Source of the DNA: an uncultured candidatus Porisulfidus sp.
Lineage (GTDB): Bacteria; Pseudomonadota; Gammaproteobacteria; Poriferisulfidales; Poriferisulfidaceae
Reading direction: 5' to 3'
Length of the DNA: 64,000 bases
NCBI GenBank assembly: GCA_965116025.1
Contig: OZ220480.1
Span: 96,001-160,000, forward strand
Made by a program: the position numbers and the translations under genes. The notes below the pieces were generated by a model that did no database searches, was not told the origin of the DNA, and saw nothing but the letters and a program-made list of their open reading frames with translations. Below, in pieces: positions 54,400-64,000 of this stretch (position 1 is the stretch's first letter; every line of letters starts with the position of its first letter).

Positions 54400-57300
54400 T
54401 CAGTTCTCTTTCTCTGCTTCAATTCCCATCCAGCAAAGCAACTCTATATCATCTTCGCTAATTGGCGGAAGGGGAGCCGGGGGCTTGGCTGGCTCCAGAC
54501 CAATCTCAAGAATATGGCCAATCAAGGTGCGCGAACACTCACCATCCTGATTTTCTTCCGATTCAAACCAGCCACGGAGCAGCTGTTCTTCACGGCGCGG
54601 CCAAGGTGACTCCAGGATGTCCAATGCTCTTTCGAATCTCTCTTCCGGCTCATCGTGGGGAGGATGTTCACGGATAAATGTCGCGACTCGGTGGTTGAGA
54701 GGTCGAACGTTTGGCTGGAGGTTGGCAGGGTCGGTTTCCCGCATCCAATCACGCAAAATATCCTGTTGCGCAATTTCCCAAAAATCGTAAACGCATTTTT
54801 CCAAAAGATCTGAATGCCAAGCAGGCGTGTCGCAAGCACATTCGATCCGGCGCAAGCAAGTTCCCAGTTCACTCTCGACAGCATCATCATCCAATCTCGG
54901 ATGCCACTCCTCGTCCGCCACAATGAACCGAAGATAGGTTCGTTCCAAGTCGCTGTCTCTACCAACGACCGCGCAAAAGAACACTCCTCGCTTATCGCCC
55001 CTGATCATGCTAGAACCAGCCTTCCACGGCAACCGGGTAATTCTCTCGCTATCTTGCTGTAGAGCCTTTCGCAATGTCTGCCGGTACTCCTCCCCTGTTT
55101 GCGCGGCGCTTATCGTCCCGCCGCGATTGAAAAGCGACGCGTCTTCAGCAAGCAATTTCTCAATCTCTTGACGTGTTTCCGTGAATACCTGCCGCCCATG
55201 CGAAGCATTTTGAATCGGGGCCATGACCCCGATACTAGCGGCCGCCATCGCAAGCTTGTCAAGTATGCGCTGTTCCAGATTGAGTAGCCGATCAAGTCGA
55301 TCTGCTGGAAACATCGTCCGCAAGAATACACGATTATGGGGGCTACCAATACGATCAATTCGGCCATGCCTCTGGACCAGCCGCATCGGGTTCCACGGCA
55401 CGTCAAAATTAATAATATTCCGGCACTGCTGAAGGTTCACACCTTCGGCGAGCACATCAGTAGCGATCATAAGATCGTAGAGATCATCGTCCTGGCCACG
55501 CGACGCTCCCATCGAAACTGGTGCGAAACCCTGCACCGCGCTTTGGCGAGATTCCTGGGCAAGGTTGCCAGATCCGCTAACCACGGTTATCCGTCCACGA
55601 TAACCTGCAAGGTTTGGTCGAACATCAATCACGAAATTCAGATAGTCTCGAATCCACTCAACGGTATCTTCGAAGAACGAGAATATGACCACTTTGCGCT
55701 TTTGCCGCTCGTCCAAAGCATTTATGGCTTCGCGCTCGGCTCGCTCCACTATCTTTTCCAGAGATTCAGCAAGAACTTGGAGTTTCGGGTCTTGATCCTT
55801 GGTTACTTTCTTAGCCTGATCCTTCAGACTCCGCAACAACTCACGATCTCGCTCAACCGCCGAGCGTAGATTCACTATCTTGTAAGCTGAAGCAGCTTCG
55901 CGGTACTGCGAGGAAGAAAGAAGATCTTCAAATACAGAATCATCGTCTGCTGACAACTCTTTCATGAAACCCGTTCTGACAACATAACCCGCATCAAGTG
56001 CTTTGATAAACACATCGTGTTCTTCAACCATCTTTTTAATAGTGTTGCAAAATGCAAAAATGGAGGACTCGAAGCGTTTCAGCAAACCTGAACGTAATAA
56101 GCCTATCAACGCTCCAGCGCGAGCGATTTCCTCGTGGTCTCGTTCACATGAATATTCCTCGGGTATGTAGCGCGCGAAAGCGATAGATTGTTCATGGTCT
56201 GGATCAAGCGCTCGTTCCAGCTCGTCGAAAAAGCCGGGCAGAATCTCATCTAGGTCATACCGCACACTAATGGCATTAGGCTTGGGAAAGACTATAGGAC
56301 AGGGTTTCCCATCGAGCCCTTTTATGGTGTCTCGAGAGTAATGTTTCTTCACGAACTGGCGAGTCCGCTTGACCGTGGTCGCATCAATAATCGGATAAAG
56401 GATATCTGGACTCAGGCTGGATGGATCTTCACGCATGGCGCGATCGAAACGTTCGCGTATCGACCGAATTCCTCGATCCGAAAGATGTGCGTCTTGTCGC
56501 AGAAAAAAGCGAATTAGATGGTAGAGATCCCATAGCGAATTGTTAACTGGAGTGGCGGTCAGAAGAAGTAGATCACGCCGCTTTCCAAACAAAAGTCGGC
56601 GTAACACGGCCGCTCGCGTAGGCGTGTCAGGATTGCGGTAGTTATGCGCCTCATCAACGATAACAAGTTGATATTCTTCTAACGGTTGCTTAATGTGCTC
56701 TTGATCGGCCCTGGGCCGTTGAACATCACGGAGCTGTCTATCATTCGCGAGTTGCTCAAATGACAGGCATTCGCCAAACAATTGATAAGTGTTCAAAAAT
56801 TCTCTCCATGTCGTGTCACGGAGCGACGCTGGGCAGATCAGCAAGGCGCGTTGCCGACATTCGTGGTAAATCTTGAGTATCTCGCCCGCAATAAACGTCT
56901 TCCCAAGACCAACCTCATCAGCAACAATTACACCACCCATTTCTCGTATCAGTCGGCGTGCTCGCGCAACTCCATGCTTCTGAAAACTAGTCAGTGGCAA
57001 ATTGTTGTCGTCGCTCCTATCGCCTTCGACTTCCTCGCCATAAAGATGCCAAAGCACACGAATGAAGATATCCCACGGCTTATGACGCGCCAAAGCATCC
57101 TCGAAAACAGCAGCGAGGTCATAAGGGACAGAATCCTCCCACAGGTCGTCGAACCATTCCTTTCCTTGCTCCGCGATTTCACGGTCGTAACGCCCCAAGT
57201 TAAGCTCAAGGTTTTGGGTAAGGCCTGCACTGGTCAGATTGGACGAGCCTACTATTAGCCCTTCTGAACCACTGGCATTCTCACTCGACGGTGTGGAAAT

Positions 57301-57753
57301 ATAGGCTTTTGCGTGCAAGAATGCATCCTCATATCGCCTGACCTCAATGTTTCCAGCCTGAAGAGATTCGATCAATTTCCGTAATGTTTTCGCACTCGGA
57401 CCGGTGAAGGGAAGACTGTCTCGCTCCCGCTGAAGTGTAAAGTCCATGCGAGATAAGCCCGCCCGCACCTGTCGCTGTTGGAATGCGGATAAAGTCTCAC
57501 TGAGCTTCTTCCGCTCACCTGCCCAAGTGGCGGCTGGGTCGGCACCGAGAAGAATTCGCACCATTGGCACAGGACGCAGAAAGTCAGCAATTTGCGCGAA
57601 GCCTGTTGGGTTGAAATATGCTGTAGCTATGCGAATAGAATTTGATGAAACATTCGTAGATACCTGTTCATCAAAACTATCAAAAAACAAACGTAGGGCA
57701 CTCTGGAGAGTATTCCCGTCTTGATTGTCGATAAACTCAGGAAGATCCGTCAT
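54400..57753 (-). CDS. PLD-nuclease/SNF2-type helicase fusion protein
   Basis: PLD motifs IATAYF, LHAKAYI and GSSNLT...NLELN. Helicase motifs ADEVGLGKT, VDEAHN, LLTATP, TDVLAEGVNLQ and WNPMRLVQRHGRIDRIGS. Confidence 0.92.
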   Translation of the reverse strand: MTDLPEFIDNQDGNTLQSALRLFFDSFDEQVSTNVSSNSIRIATAYFNPTGFAQIADFLRPVPMVRILLGADPAATWAGERKKLSETLSAFQQRQVRAGLSRMDFTLQRERDSLPFTGPSAKTLRKLIESLQAGNIEVRRYEDAFLHAKAYISTPSSENASGSEGLIVGSSNLTSAGLTQNLELNLGRYDREIAEQGKEWFDDLWEDSVPYDLAAVFEDALARHKPWDIFIRVLWHLYGEEVEGDRSDDNNLPLTSFQKHGVARARRLIREMGGVIVADEVGLGKTFIAGEILKIYHECRQRALLICPASLRDTTWREFLNTYQLFGECLSFEQLANDRQLRDVQRPRADQEHIKQPLEEYQLVIVDEAHNYRNPDTPTRAAVLRRLLFGKRRDLLLLTATPVNNSLWDLYHLIRFFLRQDAHLSDRGIRSIRERFDRAMREDPSSLSPDILYPIIDATTVKRTRQFVKKHYSRDTIKGLDGKPCPIVFPKPNAISVRYDLDEILPGFFDELERALDPDHEQSIAFARYIPEEYSCERDHEEIARAGALIGLLRSGLLKRFESSIFAFCNTIKKMVEEHDVFIKALDAGYVVRTGFMKELSADDDSVFEDLLSSSQYREAASAYKIVNLRSAVERDRELLRSLKDQAKKVTKDQDPKLQVLAESLEKIVERAEREAINALDERQKRKVVIFSFFEDTVEWIRDYLNFVIDVRPNLAGYRGRITVVSGSGNLAQESRQSAVQGFAPVSMGASRGQDDDLYDLMIATDVLAEGVNLQQCRNIINFDVPWNPMRLVQRHGRIDRIGSPHNRVFLRTMFPADRLDRLLNLEQRILDKLAMAAASIGVMAPIQNASHGRQVFTETRQEIEKLLAEDASLFNRGGTISAAQTGEEYRQTLRKALQQDSERITRLPWKAGSSMIRGDKRGVFFCAVVGRDSDLERTYLRFIVADEEWHPRLDDDAVESELGTCLRRIECACDTPAWHSDLLEKCVYDFWEIAQQDILRDWMRETDPANLQPNVRPLNHRVATFIREHPPHDEPEERFERALDILESPWPRREEQLLRGWFESEENQDGECSRTLIGHILEIGLEPAKPPAPLPPISEDDIELLCWMGIEAEKEN

Positions 57754-58022
57754 AGCAACGCGACCAAAAGAAACTGTGCCCGTTTATTGCGCAACATCTC
57801 AAGAGATGTAATTATTGATACCGAACCCCCAAACAAAAGGAAAGTTTTTGATGCAGTGCCTGGATACGAAAGCCATCTCTCTGTTTTTATTATCGGTTGC
57901 ACCTCACCACTCTCCCAAAGACGATATTTGGAGAATTTGTAAGTCAGTTCATCAGCCTCTATCTTGACTCGTTCGCAGATCCAATGCAGAACATCCAGAG
58001 CCACGAGAACCCTAATCATCAT
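57750..58022 (-). CDS. Hypothetical 90-aa protein, translationally coupled on both sides
   Basis: ATGA overlap with the MTase stop (58019-58022) and with the helicase start (57750-57753). Confidence 0.45.
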   Translation of the reverse strand: MMIRVLVALDVLHWICERVKIEADELTYKFSKYRLWESGEVQPIIKTERWLSYPGTASKTFLLFGGSVSIITSLEMLRNKRAQFLLVALL

Positions 58023-61000
58023 TTCCTCCATCTCTGGAAATGTCGGTGAACGCCTGTGAGACGCGCATCGTAATCCCAACCTTCATGAAAAGTCTTAAAA
58101 ATATGGATGAGTTGATTCTCATCCAGACCATAAAGGCAGGCGACAATCGCATCAAGCTCATGGATCATGTCATTCTTCTCGTCTTCGGCAAGTGGACCAC
58201 ACTCAACTCCAACCGATTCTGCCCAAGTGGAAAAACGGTCATCTGGACTAGCCAAACGTCCAGCAAGTGCGACGACCCGTTGCCAGCGAGGATCATTACG
58301 TTCGGGACGTGGAATCGGAAAAGGATTGAGGAGAAAAAAATTAACATTCAACTCAACAAAGCACCGCGCATACCAATCCAGTGGAATCGAACTTAGTACG
58401 CCCAGCAAGAAAGATTGATCCTGCTCATCACCACGAGGCCATAGGAAATATGGTCCTTTGTTCGTGAGAAAAATCTTAGGTGGTACGAGGCAAGCGATAA
58501 TAGTCCGCTGAGCTGTTCGACTGGTGATGTCACGGAATGCAATCCTAGGCATCAAACATGGGAGAGTAGAGCGACGCATCAAGTGCTTCGTAGAAAACTC
58601 TCGATGGGGACTGTTGCGCCGACTCTTTTTTGCCTTCAAGCGTTTGCTCTGGAGCCAATCGAGCACCGGTTCCGGTTTGGCCCAAGCATAGTAATGCCCA
58701 GTATCAGGGTTCCAAATATTGAACGATTTCCCCTTGTAAACAGGCCAATAGCCGTTGGGCTGAGTTTGGCTATCAAGAGCCATCAGGTGCTTCTGCGCCG
58801 TGGCGTGGAGTTCAGTGTCAGGCCTCGACCGCCATTTTGGTTGGGATTCTCGAACACCATGAAATCCTTCTGAAGCGTGGCATCCATCTCCCGGTCGGGA
58901 CGCGTACGCCATGCCCCCCCCCCCCCCCCTCATTTAAATCAAGACGTGGTGCTTTGCGCAACTGGGCGAAAACAGCTACAGAGTCCGATTTGGGCAACAG
59001 GGGAAGCGAAGCAGTGTCACCCCAAGAAAACACTTCCTCTCGGTTAAATTTAAAGGCGCATTTTTCGATGCTTTTTTTGAACTTCTCATACGAAGAAAAT
59101 GGGCCACGAAGGTGTATTGACCTCTCCACCGGCTCTCCATGGACTAGGCAGACAAGAGCAATGGTGTATGAACTCGCGACCTCATCAAAAACCCATCTGG
59201 CACGATTGATTAACGTTGTCGCTTTGACGCTCACTGATTGGTCGAAGATAATCCGGCGAAACGCAGTCGACCCCTTTGCTGATAACACGCTACGGGGTAA
59301 CACGACACCGACATGCCCACCCTCGACAGCCGACAACCGCCAGAATCTCCAGCAAAATGCCTTGTAGAAATCTGGATCGCCCGTTCCCATTCCAGGGTAC
59401 GAACCGCCTACGAGTGCCTTACGGACCCGTTCCATTTCGTCTAGTTCCGATTCATAGATGGCGACAAGATCTGGTCGATCAGCACGTAACCGCGATTTTT
59501 CTTGCTCTTGCTTTTTTTGCGTCAAACCACGGAGGCCGGGAAAATGTCGCGCCCAAAAAGCGTGTTCCTCAACTGTAGCCTCTTGCCACGGCGGATTACC
59601 AAGGATGACATCAAAACCCGGACGGTCACGCAAAAACACTTCAGGAAAAGTGATCGGAAAATGCAATGCATGGAGACCTTCGAGTTGCTCCTTCGCGGCT
59701 TTCGCTGTGTCCATCATTTTCTTCTCGTCAGACACCCTCCCCCATTGGTCGAACGTGAACCCTTTGATTGTCGGATCCTCTGATATAGATTGCGCTGTAA
59801 TAAGATCGCAAAGACACTCAGTTTTAGCAACAGCGGTTCGGATTTCCAGCACCGCTTCACGAGCCATGGAAATATCGGCAAGAGTCGCGTCCTTGACGTT
59901 GGCAAGACGATGGAGAGGCTTCTTTGCTGCGCCAAGCAATGCCTCCGCATCCACCTCGAACAATGGCAATGATGCTTCTTTAAATTTTTTTCTGATTTCC
60001 TCTATGCTTCCCACCCCAACGAGTGCATTTCCCCGAACTAGGTTATGGTCAAGAAATGAGAGTGGCAGACCGGGAATAAATGTATGGATCCAGATAGCAA
60101 GCCGGGCAAGTTGTACGGAAAGCGCATTCAAATCGACTCCGTGGATGCAACGCCGGGCAATCAGTCGACGGAGCAATTGGCTATCCTCTATTTCAAAGGT
60201 GGCAGAACCCAACTGTTGATGTGCTGCATTACGAAGCTCTTCTATATCTCTACGCACAGATGGAATCGAGTGGTCAGCAATCCAGTTAGCCATACGTTTC
60301 TCTATTCTATCGATAGCACCAATCAGGAAATGACCTGACCCCATCGCGATATCGGCCACTCGAAAATCGAAAAAATGATCTGCCACATCGGTATCGTCCA
60401 TTCGATCAAGGCAGTCAAAATGCTTATTGAGGGCGGGTTCCAAAGCTTCATCAAGCAGGTGTTCTACTGCAAAAGTCTTGGTGTAGTAGCTACCCGAAGC
60501 TTTGCGGGCGCCCGATTTATTATGGATATAAATCTCTCCACAAGGAACGACAACATCGTCTCCATTTCGAGCGGGCTTGTAATTTCCCCTCTGGTCCAGT
60601 GCCAAATCAGTTTCAGCGAGTGCAAGTCCAGATTCCAGTAACCCCTCGTAAATGGTTCCGAATTCGCGAACACCAAGTGACCGAAAATCGACTGGTCCCT
60701 GGACTCCATCGGGTGTTTCAATCACCAGAAGTTTCCGCAAGGCTGTTTCGAATGTCTTGTTAGACAACGAAAGGCTTGCAAGGGAGGCTCCAGTAGCAGA
60801 AATGTCCGAATCATCGGAAAAAAGCCCTCCATCGTAAGCGGGAACACCCCACTGCGGATTGCCATCAGCAACGGCCCGAAACAGTAATACCGTTTCTTGC
60901 CAATGGGTATCACCATCAGCTATCGGAGCATCCTTCTCGACATACTCGACGAGCTCCTGAGCTTTCTTTTTCAGTGAGCGCCTCCGATACGAATCATTGG

Positions 61001-62114
61001 AACGGTATGGCAATAAATCGCGGTCCTCGGCGTAGGCGATGAAGAGCAACCGAAACAACACCGTGAGCGTCATCTCATAGGTGTGCTCGAGATCCTCCGC
61101 CGTAGGCATATCCATGCGGCGTTCTGTAGCGATACCCTGTCCTAACACCGGAATGACGTGGTCGTAAATGCGCTCGCGGAGACGCTCCGCCAAATCACCC
61201 GCAAAGCGGCTCGAATTCTCGAGTATTTGATGGAGACTTCCTCCTCGTGTGAGAGCGTCCACCGAATAGAGCAACCAAAGATAGGGAGTATGTTCATCGG
61301 ACAGCAATGAGGATTGGCACTCGATAAATGTTTCGGTACGACCGCGTCGACCAACACCCACTTCATTGGCGGTCGCATAAAGACGGATGCGGCTCCCTTG
61401 CGTAAGGAGCACCCAAGGAAGGTTTTCGTCATCGGCCTTCTTGAGCGCGTAGGAAACCGGAGAGAGACTATTGAATCTATTGTTCCCAGCTTCCGGCGAT
61501 TCCTCCTCACACAACATGACCGCGAGCGCAGTACGGCGATCACCTCCCAATAACAAACTGGTTAGATTGTCTATCCGCTTAACACAAAATCCAAGCGCTT
61601 CCAGAAGATCACCGCCACGCTTACCAAGCAATGAAAAAGACTTGTCTCTCGCTGATTCCCAATCCGCCCTTTTCGGTACTCCATACCGTAATTCATGCAG
61701 AGCGAGCAAGCCCTCGTTGTTAAGCCCCGGAATATCCGTGTCAAGGGAAGGCAACGCTCTCGATAGAAACCGGAGGGCCGCATGCCGGCCCGGCTGGCTC
61801 AACGCTTCTCTACAGAGACGTTTAACCTGTGCCGCGTCAAGATCATCATAGATCGGCGGTTGCTCACCAGTGACACCACAAACCAAAACTCCGCCTGGGT
61901 GGATAATCACGAGCAAAACCGGAGCGGCTCGCCTCCCACGGCGGGACTTCCATATCTCAAGAATTTTCGAGTGAGCAAAATTATGCCCACAGGCTACGGC
62001 AACCTCAAGGGCAGGCGTACCTTCTCCTACATAGAGTTCTGGCGATTTTAAACCGTATTTTGAGTCAGGCGACCAAGACCTGACTACGTGACCGGAAAGA
62101 AATTGGGTAGCCAT
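58019..62114 (-). CDS. Type IIG/Eco57I-like N6-adenine methyltransferase, frameshifted at a G16 tract
   Basis: WVLLTQGSRIRLY, FGTIYEGLLE, RKASGSYYT, DIAMGSGHFL and ILGNPPW in ORF 58818-62114. A specificity-domain-like C-terminus (RIAFRDIT...RTIIACLVP...LLGVLSSIPLDW) lies in ORF 58019-58933. Confidence 0.88.
58914..58929. repeat. C16 homopolymer (G16 on coding strand)
   Basis: Counted in the sequence. It lies at the junction of the two MTase ORFs. Confidence 0.95.
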
Positions 62115-62313
62115 TACCGACAGGCGAATTATAGCGAAAGAAAATGATGTAGCGGGTCGACAAACTCAGCCAAGGCCTGGCGCGAAGGTAGTTGAAACTA
62201 TCATGAGCAAACAGAACGATACCGGGACTGATGATCTTGGCGGCATAGGGATTCGCGAGCGATTTCATTGCACGGCAAATCGCGCCTTTGATCATCCAGT
62301 CATGGCTTCCGCT

Positions 62314-62404
62314 TGGCGGAGAGGGAGGGATTCGAACCCTCGATGGGGTATCAGCCCATACTCCCTTAGCAGGGGAGCGCTTTCAGCCACTCAGCCACCT
62401 CTCC
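62314..62404 (-). tRNA. tRNA-Ser (GCT)
   Basis: GGAGAGGTGGCTGAGTGGCTGAAAGCG-CTCCC-CTGCTAA-GGGAG, a long variable arm, then GGTTCGAATCC...CTCTCCGCCA. Located downstream of csrA. Confidence 0.97.
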
Positions 62405-62409
62405 ACAAT

Positions 62410-62604
62410 CTATCCTTCCCCAGATCCGCGCCCGCGCGGCCGGCCGGTCTCGTCGCGAGGAAAAATCTCTTCGCGAAACACACGGATATCGGCAGGCGCG
62501 TCAATCCCAAGCCGCACGTGATTTCCCTTGATGGCCATCACCGTGACAGTGATATGGTCGTCTATGATGATGGATTCATCGACCTTTCTCGTCAGAACCA
62601 GCAT
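62410..62604 (-). CDS. csrA: Carbon storage regulator
   Basis: MLVLTRKVDESIII...VRLGIDAPADIRVFREEI. Confidence 0.96.
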   Translation of the reverse strand: MLVLTRKVDESIIIDDHITVTVMAIKGNHVRLGIDAPADIRVFREEIFPRDETGRPRGRGSGEG

Positions 62605-62657
62605 CCCTGCGCTCCCGGACGTCCAGCCCAGAGACCAAACGGGCTTTCAGTGTATCA

Positions 62658-63878
62658 CTACCGGCTTTCCGCCAGACTGAACTCCTCGTGCAGAACCTGG
62701 ACGCATGTCTCGAGCGACGGCTCGTCAACCACCACCGAGACCTTGATCTCCGAGGTGGAGATCATGGAGATATTCACGCCCGCCTCGGCCAAGGCCCGGA
62801 ACATTCGGCTCGCGATCCCCGCGTGCGAGCGCATGCCAACCCCGACCAGCGACACCTTGACGATGTCGCGGTTTCCGCGAGTCTCGCGCGCCCCGAGATC
62901 GCCACCGATTCGCTCCAGAATGTCCAGCGCCTTCGGATAGTCGTTGCGATGCACCGTGAACGTGAAATCCGCCGATCCGTCACTTCCCACGTTCTGCACG
63001 ATCATGTCCACCTCGATATGCGCGTCGGCGATCGGCCCCAGGATGCGCGCGGCGACGCCGGGCATGTCCGGCACGCCGGAGATGGTCAGTTGCGCCTCGT
63101 CGCGGTTATGCGCGATGCCCGCGATGGTGGCCTGCTCCATAGTTTCCGCCTCCTCTGATATCAACGTTCCGGGACCCGCTCCGAACGCGGAAAGAACCCG
63201 AAGCGGCACATTGTACTTTTCCGCGAACAGCACCGAGCGCAACTGCAGCACCTTCGACCCCAGTCCGGACATCTCCAACATCTCCTCATAGGTGAGACGC
63301 TCCAGCCTGCGCGCGTCTGGCACGAGTCTTGGATCCGCCGTATACACTCCTTCGACATCGGTGTAGATATGGCATTCATCGGCCTCCAGCGCGGCCGCCA
63401 GCGCGACCGCCGTCGTGTCCGACCCACCTCGGCCCAAGGTCGTGACCCGACCGCTCTCGTCCATGCCCTGGAACCCAGCCACCACCGCCACCTTCCCATC
63501 GTCCAGCAACTCGTTCAGCCGGGCGGCATTGATGCTCTTGATCCGGGCCTTGTTGGGCTGCCCCTCCGTCAGGATTCCGGCCTGCCGCCCAGTCAGCGCC
63601 ACGGACGAACAGCCCAGCGCCTGCAGAGCCAGCGACAACAGGGCGACGCTAACTCGCTCCCCGGACGACAGTAGAAGGTCCAGCGCCGGACCCGAGGGTC
63701 GCGGATTCACCTGGCGCGCCAGCGACAGCAAGTGGTCGGTCTCTCCGCCCATCGCGGAAAGCACCACCACCAGACGGCGCCCCTGCTCATGCTGTCCGCG
63801 AAGACGCTCGGCGATGGCCAGCAGCTTCTCGGTGCTGGCCACCGAAGTCCCGCCATATTTCTGCACCCAGAGGCTCAT
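62658..63878 (-). CDS. lysC: Aspartate kinase
   Basis: VQKYGGTSV, TLGRGGSDTTAVA, YTDVEGVYTADPR, and two ACT domains. Confidence 0.96.
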   Translation of the reverse strand: MSLWVQKYGGTSVASTEKLLAIAERLRGQHEQGRRLVVVLSAMGGETDHLLSLARQVNPRPSGPALDLLLSSGERVSVALLSLALQALGCSSVALTGRQAGILTEGQPNKARIKSINAARLNELLDDGKVAVVAGFQGMDESGRVTTLGRGGSDTTAVALAAALEADECHIYTDVEGVYTADPRLVPDARRLERLTYEEMLEMSGLGSKVLQLRSVLFAEKYNVPLRVLSAFGAGPGTLISEEAETMEQATIAGIAHNRDEAQLTISGVPDMPGVAARILGPIADAHIEVDMIVQNVGSDGSADFTFTVHRNDYPKALDILERIGGDLGARETRGNRDIVKVSLVGVGMRSHAGIASRMFRALAEAGVNISMISTSEIKVSVVVDEPSLETCVQVLHEEFSLAESR

Positions 63879-63879
63879 G

Positions 63880-64000
63880 TCAGGAAAGTCTCTCGCGAAT
63901 CCAACGCGGGACCGATTCCAGCGCCTCCTTCAGTTCCTGTGGGCGATTCCCCCCCGCCTGCGCCATGTCCGGACGCCCCCCGCCCTTGCCTCCGACTCGC
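63880..64000 (-). CDS. alaS: Alanine--tRNA ligase, C-terminal end (partial)
   Basis: My translation [17 protein letters not shown]...WIRERLS*, plus alaS-lysC-csrA synteny. Confidence 0.93.
   Translation of the reverse strand, partial: RVGGKGGGRPDMAQAGGNRPQELKEALESVPRWIRERLS

Noticed and set aside
62236-62255. CTTGGCGG...AGGGATTCG resembling the tRNA-Ser 3' end (possible att site)
   Set aside because: The match is short and gapped, lies only about 60 nt from the tRNA, and I found no integrase or distal copy.

Overview
GC-rich bacterial chromosome segment, probably a gammaproteobacterium (xseB-dxs, prfB-lysS, alaS-lysC-csrA-tRNA-Ser synteny). The giant FN3/Calx-beta adhesin and many restriction-modification remnants suggest a host-associated lifestyle, possibly a sponge-type symbiont (inference). 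Housekeeping genes are slt, metY, ccsA/ypjD, dxs, xseB, ygfZ, lysS, prfB (with its +1 frameshift), proA, holA, a garR-like gene, csrA, lysC and the alaS 3' end. Accessory content: (i) a 28.8-kb, 9606-aa autotransporter adhesin containing 24 identical 318-bp repeats; (ii) a lower-GC three-gene operon next to tRNA-Ser encoding a Type IIG-like adenine methyltransferase, a small ORF and a PLD-SNF2 helicase; (iii) a methyltransferase-HNH fusion; (iv) IS110 and IS30 elements and decayed AbiE, Type III RM and C5-MTase genes. The most striking signal is four very long G/C homopolymers (16, 39, 29, 16 nt) in surface or defence genes, three of which break the likely reading frame. In the methyltransferase the tract is followed by two diverged tandem copies of the start of the putative specificity domain, in different frames. 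Homopolymer lengths and repeat copy number could be affected by sequencing or assembly error.
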